A stretch of DNA of 63,559 nucleotides, the filler included, from Chiloscyllium plagiosum (taxonomy: Eukaryota): the NCBI RefSeq assembly GCF_004010195.1. It is 6 parts of one record of this genome, joined end to end, with 100 filler letters (N's around TTAATTAATTAA, not from the genome) between each part and the next. Parts side by side here need not be neighbours in the genome. Positions count along the whole stretch, not along the records: positions 7,851 to 22,490 come from NC_057717.1; 5 more parts are not named here. The stretch is one strand, 5' to 3'. The notes beneath the pieces are model-generated. The model was not told the DNA's origin and did not search any database. It was given only the letters and a program-made list of their open reading frames with translations. A program made the position numbers and the translations under genes. This document shows positions 9,840 through 22,590 of this stretch, one piece after another (the stretch's first letter is position 1; the number at the start of each line of letters is the position of its first letter).

Positions 9840-11945
9840 ACACACACACAACCTGGGACTCACTCACTCACACACACACTTTGGGTTTCCCTTAAACACT
9901 CTGGGACATTCTGTGATTCTCTCTTACACTCAGGGATTCCCTTACACACCATAGGACTCTGGGATTCTCTCACACACACTCTGGGCACTCTCACACACTC
10001 TGGGACACTGTGATTCTCTCTCACACTCTGGGATTCCGTTACACACTCCGGGACACTATGGGATTTTCTGACACACTCCGGGACTCTCTCGCACAACGTG
10101 GGACTCTCTCCGACAACCTGGGACACTGAGACCTTCTCCCACTCACTACTCACTGTGGGACCCACTCCCACACACTCTGGGACACAGTTATCCTCTTACG
10201 CACACTGGGATTATCTCGCACACTCGGGGAATCTCTCACACACTCTGGGACACTCTGGGATTGTCTCACACATTCTGGGACTCCCTCACACACACTCTGG
10301 GATTCTCTCACACACTCTAGGAATCGCTAACACACTTTGGGACACTCTAGAATTCCCTTACGCAATCTGGGACGCTAGGAACCTCTCCCACACAATCTGG
10401 GATTCCCTCACACACACTCTGGGACACAATGGGATTCTCTCATACATTCTGGGATTCTCTCACACACTCTGGGACACTGTGATTCACTTACACTCACTGG
10501 AATTCTCTCGCAAACTCTGGCATACTCGGGGAATCTTTCTTACATTCGGGGATTCCCTTACACATCATGGGTTTCTGGGACTCTCTCACTCACTCTGGGA
10601 CTCTCTCTCTCTCACTGTGGGATTCTGTTACACACTCTGGGATTCTCTCGCCACTCTTGAAATCCCTTACGCAATCTGGGTCACTGGGACTCTCTCACAA
10701 ACCCTGGGACACTCTGGAAGTCTCTCGCACACTCTGGGATTCCCTCTCACACATTCTGGGATTACCTTACGCAATCTGGGCCACTGGGAACCTCTCTGAC
10801 ACACTCTGGGACACTATGGGATTCTCTCACACATTCTGGGACTCACACACAACCTGGGACGCTCTCACACAAACTGGGACACTGGGACACTGGGATCCTC
10901 TCCCACTCACTCTGGGACACTGTGATTCCCTTACACTCACTGGGCTTCTCTCACACACTCTGGCACACTCGGGGAATCTCTCTAACATTCGGGAATTCCC
11001 TTACACACCATGGGACTCTGGGACTCTCTCACTCACTGTGGGATTCCATTTCACACTCTGGGACATTCTTACACTCGGGATTCTCTCATACACTCGGGGA
11101 TTCCCTTGTACACCATGGGACTCTGGGACTCTCTCACATACCCTGGGACTCTCTCACTCACTCTGGGATTCCGTTACAAACTCTGGGACACTGGAATTCT
11201 CTCACACACCCTGGGACACTCGGGGATTCTCTCTTACACTCGGGGATTCCCTTACACACGATGGGACTCTGGGACTCTCTCACTCACTCTGGGACTTTCT
11301 CACTCACTGTGGGATTCCATTTCACACTCTGGGATTCTCTCTTACACTCTGGGACTCTCTGGGATTCTCTCACACATTCTAGGAATCCCTAACACACTCT
11401 GGGACACTGTGGGATTCCCTTCCGCAATCTGGGACTCACACTCTCTCACACACACTCTGGGACACTGGGACCCTCTCCCACACACTCTGGGACACTGGGA
11501 CCCTCTCCCACACTCTCTGGGCACACACTCTGGGAATCCTCACATACTCTGGGACACTCTGGAATTCTTTCACACGCTCTATGAATCCCTGACACACTCT
11601 GGTGCTCCCTTCCCGAATCTCTCTCGCATGCGCGCGCAACCCTGGGACGCCCTGTCGATTGCGCGCGCACCCCCACCCCGAGACACCCTCTCTCACGTAT
11701 GAAACAGCGCCCCCCACCACCAGGGACGCTCTCGCGCGCAACCCCCCAACCCCGGGACGTTCTCTCGCGCACACACACTCTGGGACATTCTGTGATTCTC
11801 TCTTACACTCGGGGATTCCCTTACACACCATGGGACTCTCTCACACAATCTGGGACTCGCTCCATCACCGTCACCGTCACCGACTCCCTGGGATCCTCCC
11901 TGTCACATTCTGGGGACTCCCTCACACACTCTGAGGATTCCCTTA
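9798..11945. repeat. (CA)n followed by a CTGGGA/CACACT-rich degenerate satellite (about 10/20-bp subunits)
   Basis: Many copies of ctctgggacact / ctgggattctctcacaca. The long ORFs reported here are low-complexity artefacts. Confidence 0.9.
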
Positions 11946-14051
11946 GGCACTTTAGGATTGGTGGCAACAGTGTTGTGGCAACGGGTTTGGGGGCAAAGGG
12001 GATGGACGGGGTTGGGGGAAACGGCGTTGCACAGGGTTGGGGGAAGCTGGGTCGGTTGGGGTGGGGGGAACGNNNNNNNNNNNNNNNNNNNNNNNNNNNN
12101 NNNNNNNNNNNNNNNNNNNNNNNNNNNNNNNNNNNNNNNNNNNNNNNNNNNNNNNNNNNNNNNNNNNNNNNNNNNNNNNNNNNNNNNNNNNNNNNNNNNN
12201 NNNNNNNNNNNNNNNNNNNNNNNNNNNNNNNNNNNNNNNNNNNNNNNNNNNNNNNNNNNNNNNNNNNNNNNNNNNNNNNNNNNNNNNNNNNNNNNNNNNN
12301 NNNNNNNNNNNNNNNNNNNNNNNNNNNNNNNNNNNNNNNNNNNNNNNNNNNNNNNNNNNNNNNNNNNNNNNNNNNNNNNNNNNNNNNNNNNNNNNNNNNN
12401 NNNNNNNNNNNNNNNNNNNNNNNNNNNNNNNNNNNNNNNNNNNNNNNNNNNNNNNNNNNNNNNNNNNNNNNNNNNNNNNNNNNNNNNNNNNNNNNNNNNN
12501 NNNNNNNNNNNNNNNNNNNNNNNNNNNNNNNNNNNNNNNNNNNNNNNNNNNNNNNNNNNNNNNNNNNNNNNNNNNNNNNNNNNNNNNNNNNNNNNNNNNN
12601 NNNNNNNNNNNNNNNNNNNNNNNNNNNNNNNNNNNNNNNNNNNNNNNNNNNNNNNNNNNNNNNNNNNNNNNNNNNNNNNNNNNNNNNNNNNNNNNNNNNN
12701 NNNNNNNNNNNNNNNNNNNNNNNNNNNNNNNNNNNNNNNNNNNNNNNNNNNNNNNNNNNNNNNNNNNNNNNNNNNNNNNNNNNNNNNNNNNNNNNNNNNN
12801 NNNNNNNNNNNNNNNNNNNNNNNNNNNNNNNNNNNNNNNNNNNNNNNNNNNNNNNNNNNNNNNNNNNNNNNNNNNNNNNNNNNNNNNNNNNNNNNNNNNN
12901 NNNNNNNNNNNNNNNNNNNNNNNNNNNNNNNNNNNNNNNNNNNNNNNNNNNNNNNNNNNNNNNNNNNNNNNNNNNTTCCTCTGGTGTATTAATCCGTTCC
13001 TGAAAGTTTGTATAAACATCCCCACAACCACGCTAAATCAGCTTCTCTCAAGCTCCCACTCACAATGAAAGCTATAGCCCCCTGTACAAATGGGTGAACT
13101 GAACAATCCAAATGATACCCTTCTATTCCTACATCAAAGCAGTAACTACTCTTCAAGCTGACAATCTGGGCCTCCAGTGAATCTCTCTGTCCTAGCAATT
13201 AACTGAGTAAATATTATAGAAATATCTGTTGTGATCCTGACAGACAACTTTTCAGGGACTCCACCCGAGGGAAAATGTGGATATTGGGTATCTCTTGGAT
13301 TGTGCCATCTGTTGGAAGTGTTTCTCCATCGAGATCCTCTGATTCAGAGTCCAGAAGCTGGGATGTATGGAAGGACAGGACTGTGTGAGCTACTGCACAC
13401 CACATCTGACTGTGTCAGTCACACAAAAAAAAATCTCTCGGTTTGAGTCCTGTCATGGTCAGTGAGGATCAGTAATGGACGTCTGATTCCCTGTCTGGGA
13501 GAAAATCTACCTGTTTTGCAAGATCAACATTTTAAATTGAATATTCCCATGTATCAGAACTGCCTACAGAGTCAGCGATGAACAACGGAACCTAATTTAC
13601 ACCCAGACATCAATGAGACCCAGAAAGAGTCCTTGCTGTTTCAATAGCGAAATCACAACGCAACAGTCAAGCAAATGAGGGGATTGTTTCTCCCAAAAAA
13701 ATTCAACCACACGGACAGAACGATACCATTTAGCCCCAGGAGTCTGACCACAGCTTAATAACATTCTTTGTTCTGCTTAAAAGTTACATCAAATGCAAAA
13801 CATTAACTCTGCTTCTCTCTCTACATTAGCTGCCGGTCTGTTTCAAATTTCCAGCAGCCACACCATTTGTGTTCATTTTAGTAACATCATCGTTAACTTT
13901 TCAGAACTGACAGTTTCTGCAACATCTTTTGATCCACTTAGTATTGCAAACATTGCAAATTATTCTCTGGCATGTAGTCAGTGATTCCGTTCTAGAGGTG
14001 GTAATGATCACAGATTCTCAGGTGTTTGAGTGACGTCATTTCTCCTTATCT

Positions 14052-14908
14052 CAGTCACTCAAGCTGCTCTCCAGTCTTGAGACTGTGACCCATTGTAGAT
14101 TCCTATCGGCAGAGACAGCTGCCAACATCAATCCTGCCAATCTCTTTGGTAATAATATCCAGTTCAATGAAATCACTTCTTATTCACAAGCAGTACTCAC
14201 CCACTTAATCCCACTTTGTAAACAACCTCCAGTCCCAGGAATGAGTCAGTGCCCTTCTGTTACAAACACTCTGATGGCAGCGTGTGCTTCCTTCAGGGGA
14301 GAAAACAAATTTGCACCCATCTGTGTCCATCTGTCTGCCTGAGGTTCCACTAAGTGCATTAATGGAAATCACATTGGAAAACGAAACCCCTTTCCGGGTG
14401 TTTAAATCACTTCGTGCAGAATTTACAGACAAAGGAAATCTGCGTTATCGGGAGCATAATCTTATTAGTGACAGTTGTTGCACACAGTCACTCAAGCTGC
14501 TCTCCAGTCCTGAGACTGTGACCCATTGCAGATTCCTATCAGCAGGGACAGCTGCCAACAGCAACCCTGCCAATCTCTTTGGTAATAATATCCAGTTCAT
14601 TGAAAACACTTCTTATTCACATGCAGTTCTCACCCACTTAGTCCCACTTTATAAACAACCTCCAGTCCCAGGAATGAGTCAGTGCCCTTCTGTTACAAAC
14701 ACTCTGATGGCAGCGTGTGCTTCCTTCAGGGAAGAAAACAAATTTGCACCCACCTGTGTCCATCTGTCTGCCTGAGTTCCACTAAGTGTATTAATGGAAA
14801 TCACATTGGAAAACCAAACCCCTTTCCAGGTGTTTAAATCACTTCGTGCAAAAGGAAATCTGCGTTATCGGGAGCATAATCTTATTAGTGACAGTCTGTT
14901 GCACACAG
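14052..14908. repeat. Tandem duplication of an approximately 433-bp unique segment
   Basis: cagtcactcaagctgctctccagtc starts at about 14052 and 14485. The copies align with scattered substitutions and a small deletion in copy 2. Confidence 0.95.
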
Positions 14909-14989
14909 CAACATGATCCTCTCACAAACACAAGCCATTGTTTTATGTTGAAATTGAAATATTAAGCCAAAAAGGTCATGTAAACAATC

Positions 14990-15817
14990 TGCTGCTTGTC
15001 ACTTTAATAAATGAACTTGCTGATAAGATAATGCTCAAAGTGTTATAAAGTTGAAGGTGAGAGAGAGAGAGAGAACACTCTTCTGAACTGAGAGCTTACA
15101 ACTACCTGTGTACCGTATATGACTGCCCAGCAATCCCAGAGTGTACTGGGAAAGCAAACAAATGTAACATTTGGTCGCGAAATATAGACCTGAGTTGGTT
15201 GCTGTTTTGGGAATAATTCAAATTTAACCTATCAGTTTAAATTATACCCCAGGATTCCAAAACCCAATTGAGTATGAATTTATTGTTTTGCCAGCATCAA
15301 GCCAATGAGATGAGCTAATGGGGGAATTAAAATGCAGACATTTTAAAAACTGGTCAGAGAGTAACTGCTGTCTGGGAGAGTTAACATCTTGCTCGCCAAT
15401 AAATTAGGAAAGTGTCTCAATCAAAGGGTACCTTTTCATATGAAACATACTCAGAGTAAAAGAAGAGAACGACGATCCAGGGAGATCCTCCACCAGAAGC
15501 AGAAAGACACAAAAGACAAGAGTCATTGTGTGGGTTTGAAATTAAATTGATGTATTTTAATAAGTGTCTTATTGCAATAACGTATAGTTATAGAGCTGGA
15601 GGCAGATAATAAGCAGTGAAGAGAAATGGAGAGCTTAGATTTATGAATAGCTGTTTAATATTCACTTTTCATGTTAAAAATAAATTGATGCTATTTTCTT
15701 TAAATATTAGAATTTGTGAGTTCTCGGTCACTCAGACTTTAACAGATTACGTGGGGAGGTGAACTTTTCTGGGTGTTTGGTTTAATTGACAGAGGGGTTC
15801 GCCGTCATGTTGTAACA
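14990..15817 (+). mobile_element. Possible solo LTR
   Basis: AT-rich segment with (GA)n, aataaa, and a 3' end ...tgttgtaaCA abutting a CR1 tail. It resembles the reverse complement of 34360-34950 in style. Boundaries uncertain. Confidence 0.3.
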
Positions 15818-18800
15818 AAAGAAACACAACAAAGAACAGTACTGCACAGGAATGGGCCCTTCAGCCCAGAATGTTGTGCTGAATGTGACACCAAATTAAA
15901 CTCATCCTCTCTGCCTATCTTTGTTCCATATCCTTGCATATTCACATGCTTACCCAAAAAACCCCTTACACACCCCTCTCATATCTGCCTCCTCCACCAT
16001 CTCTGGCAGCATGTTCCAAATTCCGACCACAATCTGTGGAAAACATACTACCCCTCACATCTCCTTTGAGCTCTCCCCCTCTCACCGTAAATGCACATTC
16101 TCTAGTAAAGATATTTCAACTCTGGGTAAAACATTTTGACCGTCAACCCTGTGCATCTCATGGCGCTGCGCTGACTGTCCCTAATTAGGTCATTCTTTAC
16201 CAAATGTGCATAAATCCTATCCGTAAGAATTCTGTCCAAAGCTTCCCAACCACTGAGCTGAGACTCACCAGACTATAATTTCCTAGATTGTCCCTATTTC
16301 CTTTCTTGAAGAGAGGAAAACCATAAGCTACTCACCGTCCTCTGCGACCTTTCCAGTGGCTAGTGAGGAGTCAAAAATCATGGCCAAGACCCCAAAAATC
16401 TCCTCTCTTGCCTTTCTCAATAACCTGGGGTAGTTACCATCGGTTCCTCGGGATTAATCCACTTTAATGCTCTTCAAGAAATCTTATGCTTCTTTCTCGG
16501 CCTCAAAACTGCCCGAGCACATTAGCAAGCTCCACACAAATCTCATTATCCTCTATATTCTTTTCCTGGGTGAATGCCGATGCAAAGTGATTATTTAGGA
16601 TCTCGTCCACTTCCACTGATTTCAAGCACAAGTTCCTTCCTTTAGACTTGACTGGCCCGACCTCTTTCCTAGTTATGTGGCAGCTGTGGAAAGGGTACAG
16701 AGGAGATTTACTGGGATATGGCCTGGTATGAAAGGAAGGTCTTACATGGAAAGGCTGAGGGAATGGAGGCTGTTTTAGGTGGAGAGAAGAAGGTCGAGAG
16801 GTGACTTAATTGCCTGCAACAGTACTAGAATCGTCGACTAAAAGGGCATTTAAATGGGCATTTGACAAAAATATGGGTAATATTGGAAGGGTGTAGGTTA
16901 GATAGGCGTCAGATTATTTTCACAGGTCGGTGCAACATTGAGGGCGAAAAGGCCTGTACTGCGCTGTAACGATCCATTATCATACCCTCTTATGGGTAAT
17001 TATCTCCAGAACAATTTGGGATTCACTTTAACCCTACTTGCGAAGGGCATGGCCCCTCCTTGCTCTACTCATTCCTTGTTCAGGTTCCTCCCAGCTTTTG
17101 ATTTTTACATTCCTCACATGCCATGTCCAATTCTAGCTTCTCAAACCTTGCATAGGCTTGTTTAATTTACCCCTTTTGACAAAATCCCCAGCCTCCCTTG
17201 TTATCCAAGGGGCCCTTACATTGCCAGCCTTATCCCTCCTCCTTACTGGAACATGCTGGTCGTGAACTCCGATCAGCAAGCCTTTAACTAACTCCCACGT
17301 GCCCAATGTGGCATTGTCTAATGTCAGGTCCTCCCAATTAACACTCCCTAGCTCCTGCCTAATACTGACATCATTTGCAATCCCACAATTTAGAAACATC
17401 CCATTTATTCGTAGCTGCCTTAAGAAAAAACTTAAGTTGTGATCACTGTTTCCAAAATGGTCTCCCACTGAAAGGTCAGTCACCTGGCCAGGCTCATTCA
17501 CCAATATAAGGTCCACTATGGCTCCTCCCCCTCATTTACATTACTATTTGAAGAAACCCTCTTGGATACACTTAACAAACTCTGTAGCGTCTCATCCTCT
17601 TGCTCTAAACTAGTGCCATCAAATGGTGAGGAAGTTAAAGTCACTTTGAGAACTCTGTTGTTATTGCCTCTTTCCATAATCTGCCGAGACATTTGTACCT
17701 CGAGGTATCGTTGGCAGATGGAGGGTCCTATAGTATAATCCCATCAACCTGCATCCTTCTTATCCATGTTGCCTCAGTGGACGAGCCCCCTCCAGTATAT
17801 CCTGAGTGCAGACGTAACATTATCCCGATTGGCAATGCAACTCCTCCACCTCTTTTACCCTCCTCTCCATTTCGTTTGAAACAATGAAATCCTGGAATAT
17901 TGAGCAGCCAGTCCTGTCCTTCTCCGAACCAAATCTCTGGAATGGCCACAATATCGGATCTGAGCTTAACTACCTTAGCTACGTTGTGCCTTGTGTTGAA
18001 ATTAACACAATCAGACCATTCGTACTATGGTGTTCATTTCTCTGTATTTCCTTTCTGATTGACCCATTTACATCTTCCGACCTTCCTTACCCCCCACGTG
18101 CTGCCCTGCTGCTGTGATTCCCAGGACCTTGCCATTCTAGGTTAAACCCTTCCCTTGGAGCAGGAGCAAGCCTCCCAGTGAGGATATCAGTTCCCCTCTA
18201 GTTCAGGTCACCCCTGCTCCAGAAGAGGTCCCAATGATTCAAGATCCTGAAACTCTCCCCCTGTACCAGCTCTTCAGCCATGTATTCATCTCTGCTATCT
18301 TTCAATTCCTTGTCTCACAAGCACATGGGACTGGTGGTAACGCAGTGATTACTACCCTCAAGGGCCTGCTTTTCAATCGTTCTCTACTTCCTGTGCTTAC
18401 TCCACAGGATCTCTTCCCTCTTTCTACCCGTGTCGTTGGTAGCAATGTGCACCATGAACTCTGGCCTCCCTTTCTCCCAATTCAGAATTTCAAGCAAATG
18501 CTCAGAGATGTCCTTGATCTAGGCACCAGGGATACAACCCCCCATCCTGGAGTCTCGGACGCAGCCACAGTAACACCTGTCTATGCCCCCAACAAGTGCC
18601 TCTCCTCCCATTTTCGCTCCCTTGGATTTTGCCTCACCTTGTTCTACAGCAGATTCAGTTATAGAGTCATAGAGTCCTACAGCACGGAAACGGCCCTCGG
18701 GGCCAGACTGATCCCTGGCAACCAAACTGTCCATCCATGGCAACCCCATTTCCCTGCACATGCCCCATATCCTTCTAATCCTTTCCTATCCATGTATTTG

Positions 18801-19290
18801 TCCAAATGCTTTTTAAATGTGTTTAATGTACCTGCCTCAGCCACTTCCACTGACAGCTCATTCCGAATGCGTATCAGCATCTGTAAAAAAGTTGCTGCTA
18901 ACGTTCCCTTTTATTCTTTCCCCTCTAACCTTAAACTGATGCCCTCTAGTCCTCAATTCTTCAATCCTGGGAAAAAGACTGAATGCATTCACCCCATCCA
19001 GGCCTCTCATGATTATATACATTTCTATAAGATTTCCCTAAAGTCTCCTATGTTCTGAAGAAAAATGTCTCAGCTTGTCCAAACTCTGTCGATAACTCAG
19101 GCCATTGCGTTATGGTGTTATAGACCTGGCTACCGCTGTGCTCCTCCCCGAGAAGCTATCCCCAACAATTCACCAGCTCTCTCTCCTTAACCATCCCGCA
19201 TCCAACCCCATCTTTATCCCCTGTACGATCCTCACTGTCCTGCTGTTGCTCCAAGCCAACCACGCAGACACCCACCGACCTGAAGGAACC
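15818..19290 (-). mobile_element. Internally deleted CR1 LINE with nested CR1 3' ends
   Basis: Minus-strand peptides: ORF1 esterase (GIDRCYCG..RDSRM..C.PGA, about 18520-18620); endonuclease (AIPEIWFGEGQDWLLNIPGFHCFKR..GKRGGGVAL; DLILVNEPGQVTDLSVGDHFGNSDHN); 3' end near 15820. Extra 3' fragments at 16680-16970 (+) and 18660-19100 (-). Confidence 0.85.
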
Positions 19291-20307
19291 TGGATGCTTG
19301 GACAGGACAAGATCATGGGTGTTTTTAAAAGCAATGAATGGAATTCTGAAATCACATTTGGACTGAATGTAATGTAGAGCAGCGTGAAATGGAGGTAGAT
19401 GACGTACGTGACTTGCTGTAAGGATACTGACAGTAGAATCTGAGGTGATCATGAGTANNNNNNNNNNNNNNNNNNNNNNNNNNNNNNNNNNNNNNNNNNN
19501 NNNNNNNNNNNNNNNNNNNNNNNNNNNNNNNNNNNNNNNNNNNNNNNNNNNNNNNNNNNNNNNNNNNNNNNNNNNNNNNNNNNNNNNNNNNNNNNNNNNN
19601 NNNNNNNNNNNNNNNNNNNNNNNNNNNNNNNNNNNNNNNNNNNNNNNNNNNNNNNNNNNNNNNNNNNNNNNNNNNNNNNNNNNNNNNNNNNNNNNNNNNN
19701 NNNNNNNNNNNNNNNNNNNNNNNNNNNNNNNNNNNNNNNNNNNNNNNNNNNNNNNNNNNNNNNNNNNNNNNNNNNNNNNNNNNNNNNNNNNNNNNNNNNN
19801 NNNNNNNNNNNNNNNNNNNNNNNNNNNNNNNNNNNNNNNNNNNNNNNNNNNNNNNNNNNNNNNNNNNNNNNNNNNNNNNNNNNNNNNNNNNNNNNNNNNN
19901 NNNNNNNNNNNNNNNNNNNNNNNNNNNNNNNNNNNNNNNNNNNNNNNNNNNNNNNNNNNNNNNNNNNNNNNNNNNNNNNNNNNNNNNNNNNNNNNNNNNN
20001 NNNNNNNNNNNNNNNNNNNNNNNNNNNNNNNNNNNNNNNNNNNNNNNNNNNNNNNNNNNNNNNNNNNNNNNNNNNNNNNNNNNNNNNNNNNNNNNNNNNN
20101 NNNNNNNNNNNNNNNNNNNNNNNNNNNNNNNNNNNNNNNNNNNNNNNNNNNNNNNNNNNNNNNNNNNNNNNNNNNNNNNNNNNNNNNNNNNNNNNNNNNN
20201 NNNNNNNNNNNNNNNNNNNNNNNNNNNNNNNNNNNNNNNNNNNNNNNNNNNNNNNNNNNNNNNNNNNNNNNNNNNNNNNNNNNNNNNNNNNNNNNNNNNN
20301 NNNNNNN

Positions 20308-21755
20308 CCGTAGAGGGGTTGTGTCCCACAGCAGGATGTATAATCCCCGAGGGGACTCTGTACCGGGCAGGGCTTGTGTCCCACTGCAGGATGGGTAAGG
20401 CCCGAGGGGAGTCTGTACCGGGCAGTGGTTGTGTCCCACAGCAGGATGGGTAAGGCCCGAGGGGACTCTGTACCTGGGAGTGGCTGTGTCTCACAGCAGA
20501 ATGGGGAAGGCCTTTGGGGAGTTTTCACCGTGAGGGGTTGTGCCCCACAGCAGGATGGGTAAGGCCTGAGGGGAATCTGTACCTCGGAGGGGGTTGTGTC
20601 CCACAGCAGGATGGGTAAAGCCCGAGGGGAGTCTGCACCGCGAGGGGCTGTGTCCCACAGCAGGATAAGTAAGGCCCGAGGAGACTTTGTACCGGGGAGT
20701 GGCTGCGTCCCACAGCAGGATGGGTAATGCCCGAGGGGTGTCTGTACCGGGAAATGGTCGTGTCCCACAGCAGGATGGGCAAGGCCTTGGACATGGCTGG
20801 ACCCGGGATGGGTAATGTCTGAGGGAAATCTGTACAGGGGAGGCATTGTGTCCCACGTTAGGGTGGGTGAGGCCGGACGGGAATCTGTACAGGGGAGAGT
20901 GTTTCCCACAGCAGGATGGGTAAGGCCCGAGGGGAGTCTGTACTGGGAACGGGTTGTGTCCCACCGCAGGATGGGTAAGGCCCCGGGGAGACTGCACCAG
21001 GGAGGGTTTGTGTCCCACAGCAGAATGGGTAAGACCTGAGGGGAGACCAACCCGTAGAGGGGTTGTGTCCCACAGCAGGATGGGTAAGGCCCGAAGGTAT
21101 TCTGTACCGGAGAGGGATTGTGTCCCTCAGCAGGATGGGTAAGGCACGAGGGGAGTCTGTACCGGGGAGGGATTGTGTCCCACAGAAGGATATGTAAGAC
21201 CCCAGGGGACTCTGTACCCATGTGGTTGTGTCCCTCAGCAGGATGGGTAAGGCACGAAGGTCTTCTGTACTGGGGAGGGTCTGTGTCCCACAGCAGAATT
21301 GGTAAGGCATGAGGTGAGTTGTACCGTAGAGGGGTTGTGTCCCAAGCAGGATGGGTAAGGCCCGAGGGCAGATTGCACCAGGGATAGGTTGTGCCCCACA
21401 GCAGGATGGTTAAGGCCCGAGGGGAGTCTGTTCCTGGGAGGGGTTGTGTCCCAAAGGAGGATGGGGAAAGCCAGAGGGAAAACTGTACCCAAGTGGGGTT
21501 GTGTCCAACAGCAGGGTGGGCAAGGCTCAAGATTAGACTTTACCAGGGAGGAGTTCAGTCCCACAGCAGGATAGGTAAAGCCTAAGGGGAGTCTGTATCA
21601 GGGAGGTGTTGTGTCATACAGCAGAATGGGTAAGGCCCGAGGGCCATCTGTACCGGTGAGGGATTGTGTCCCACAGCAGGATGGGTATGTCCCAAGGGGA
21701 GTCTGTACCGGGGAGGTGTTGTGTCCCACTTCAGGATGGGTAAGGACTGAGGAGT
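20308..21755. repeat. 55-bp minisatellite, roughly 26 copies
   Basis: Unit about GTGTCCCACAGCAGGATGGGTAAGGCCCGAGGGGAGTCTGTACCGGGGAGGGGTT; starts at 20321, 20376, 20431 and 20486. Confidence 0.95.
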
Positions 21756-22490
21756 GACCGAGAGCAAAGATTTACTTAGGGAGCTGAGGGGCAAAATTTT
21801 CCACAGAGGAAGGTTCATATACGGAATGGACTGCCAGTGGCACATGGGAGAAACAAGAACAATTACAACATAGAAAAGACATTTGGGAGGAACATGGAGG
21901 GGAGAAGGTTTGAAGGGCCATGGGCCAAATGCAGGGAAATGCAACTCATTCAGTTCAGGAAACCTGGTCAGCATTGATGACTTCGGCCAGAGAGTCATGC
22001 AGCAGAGAAACAGATCCTAAGTCTTGGGTTATTGGAGGAGTGGACTCTCGTGACAAGGCATGTTGTCGTGACCGAAGTAAGTTAGAGACATATGGATGGC
22101 CGTCTGGACTGGAGAAAGTTTCGAACGTATGAAGTGATTGGTGAGAGGGGAGGAAAGTACAGAGATAGGAACTGTTTTTGGCATTAGAATGATTGAAGAC
22201 ACTGATCCACAAGACAAGCTATAGGTACAGTGTGGGAGAGGGAACACAGAATGGAATATTCCCAGACAGCATTCCCACCCTCTCGTGGAAGGCCTGCTTT
22301 CCCCTCTTTTGTACTGATGCTCACTAAGACAGCACAGGCCTGGACTGATAACTGTGACACTCCCGATGTTGTCTTAGTGCAACAAAACCTGCAGGAAAGG
22401 CAGTGACTGAACCTGAGGTGTGTCTGTACTGTGCTCCCCCTCCAGCAATATAGCTATGTCATGTCCTGTTAGCTGATGTTTGGAGCCCTC

Positions 22491-22590
22491 NNNNNNNNNN
22501 NNNNNNNNNNNNNNNNNNNNNNNNNNNNNNNNNNTTAATTAATTAANNNNNNNNNNNNNNNNNNNNNNNNNNNNNNNNNNNNNNNNNNNN
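22491..22590. other. Artificial join spacer
   Basis: N44-TTAATTAATTAA-N44. Confidence 0.95.

Noticed and set aside
9265..13068. Long ORFs over satellite sequence and N gaps
   Set aside because: They are runs of X or low-complexity translations with no domain content.
12976..13500. Unique-looking segment with a possible minus-strand acceptor near 13358
   Set aside because: No recognisable protein in the frames I translated, and frequent stops.
19156..21564. 693-aa and other minus-strand ORFs
   Set aside because: Produced by the 55-bp repeat, whose period is not a multiple of 3, plus an N gap.
20308..21755. CRISPR-like regular repeat array
   Set aside because: Eukaryotic context, no unique spacers and no cas genes; whole units are homologous.
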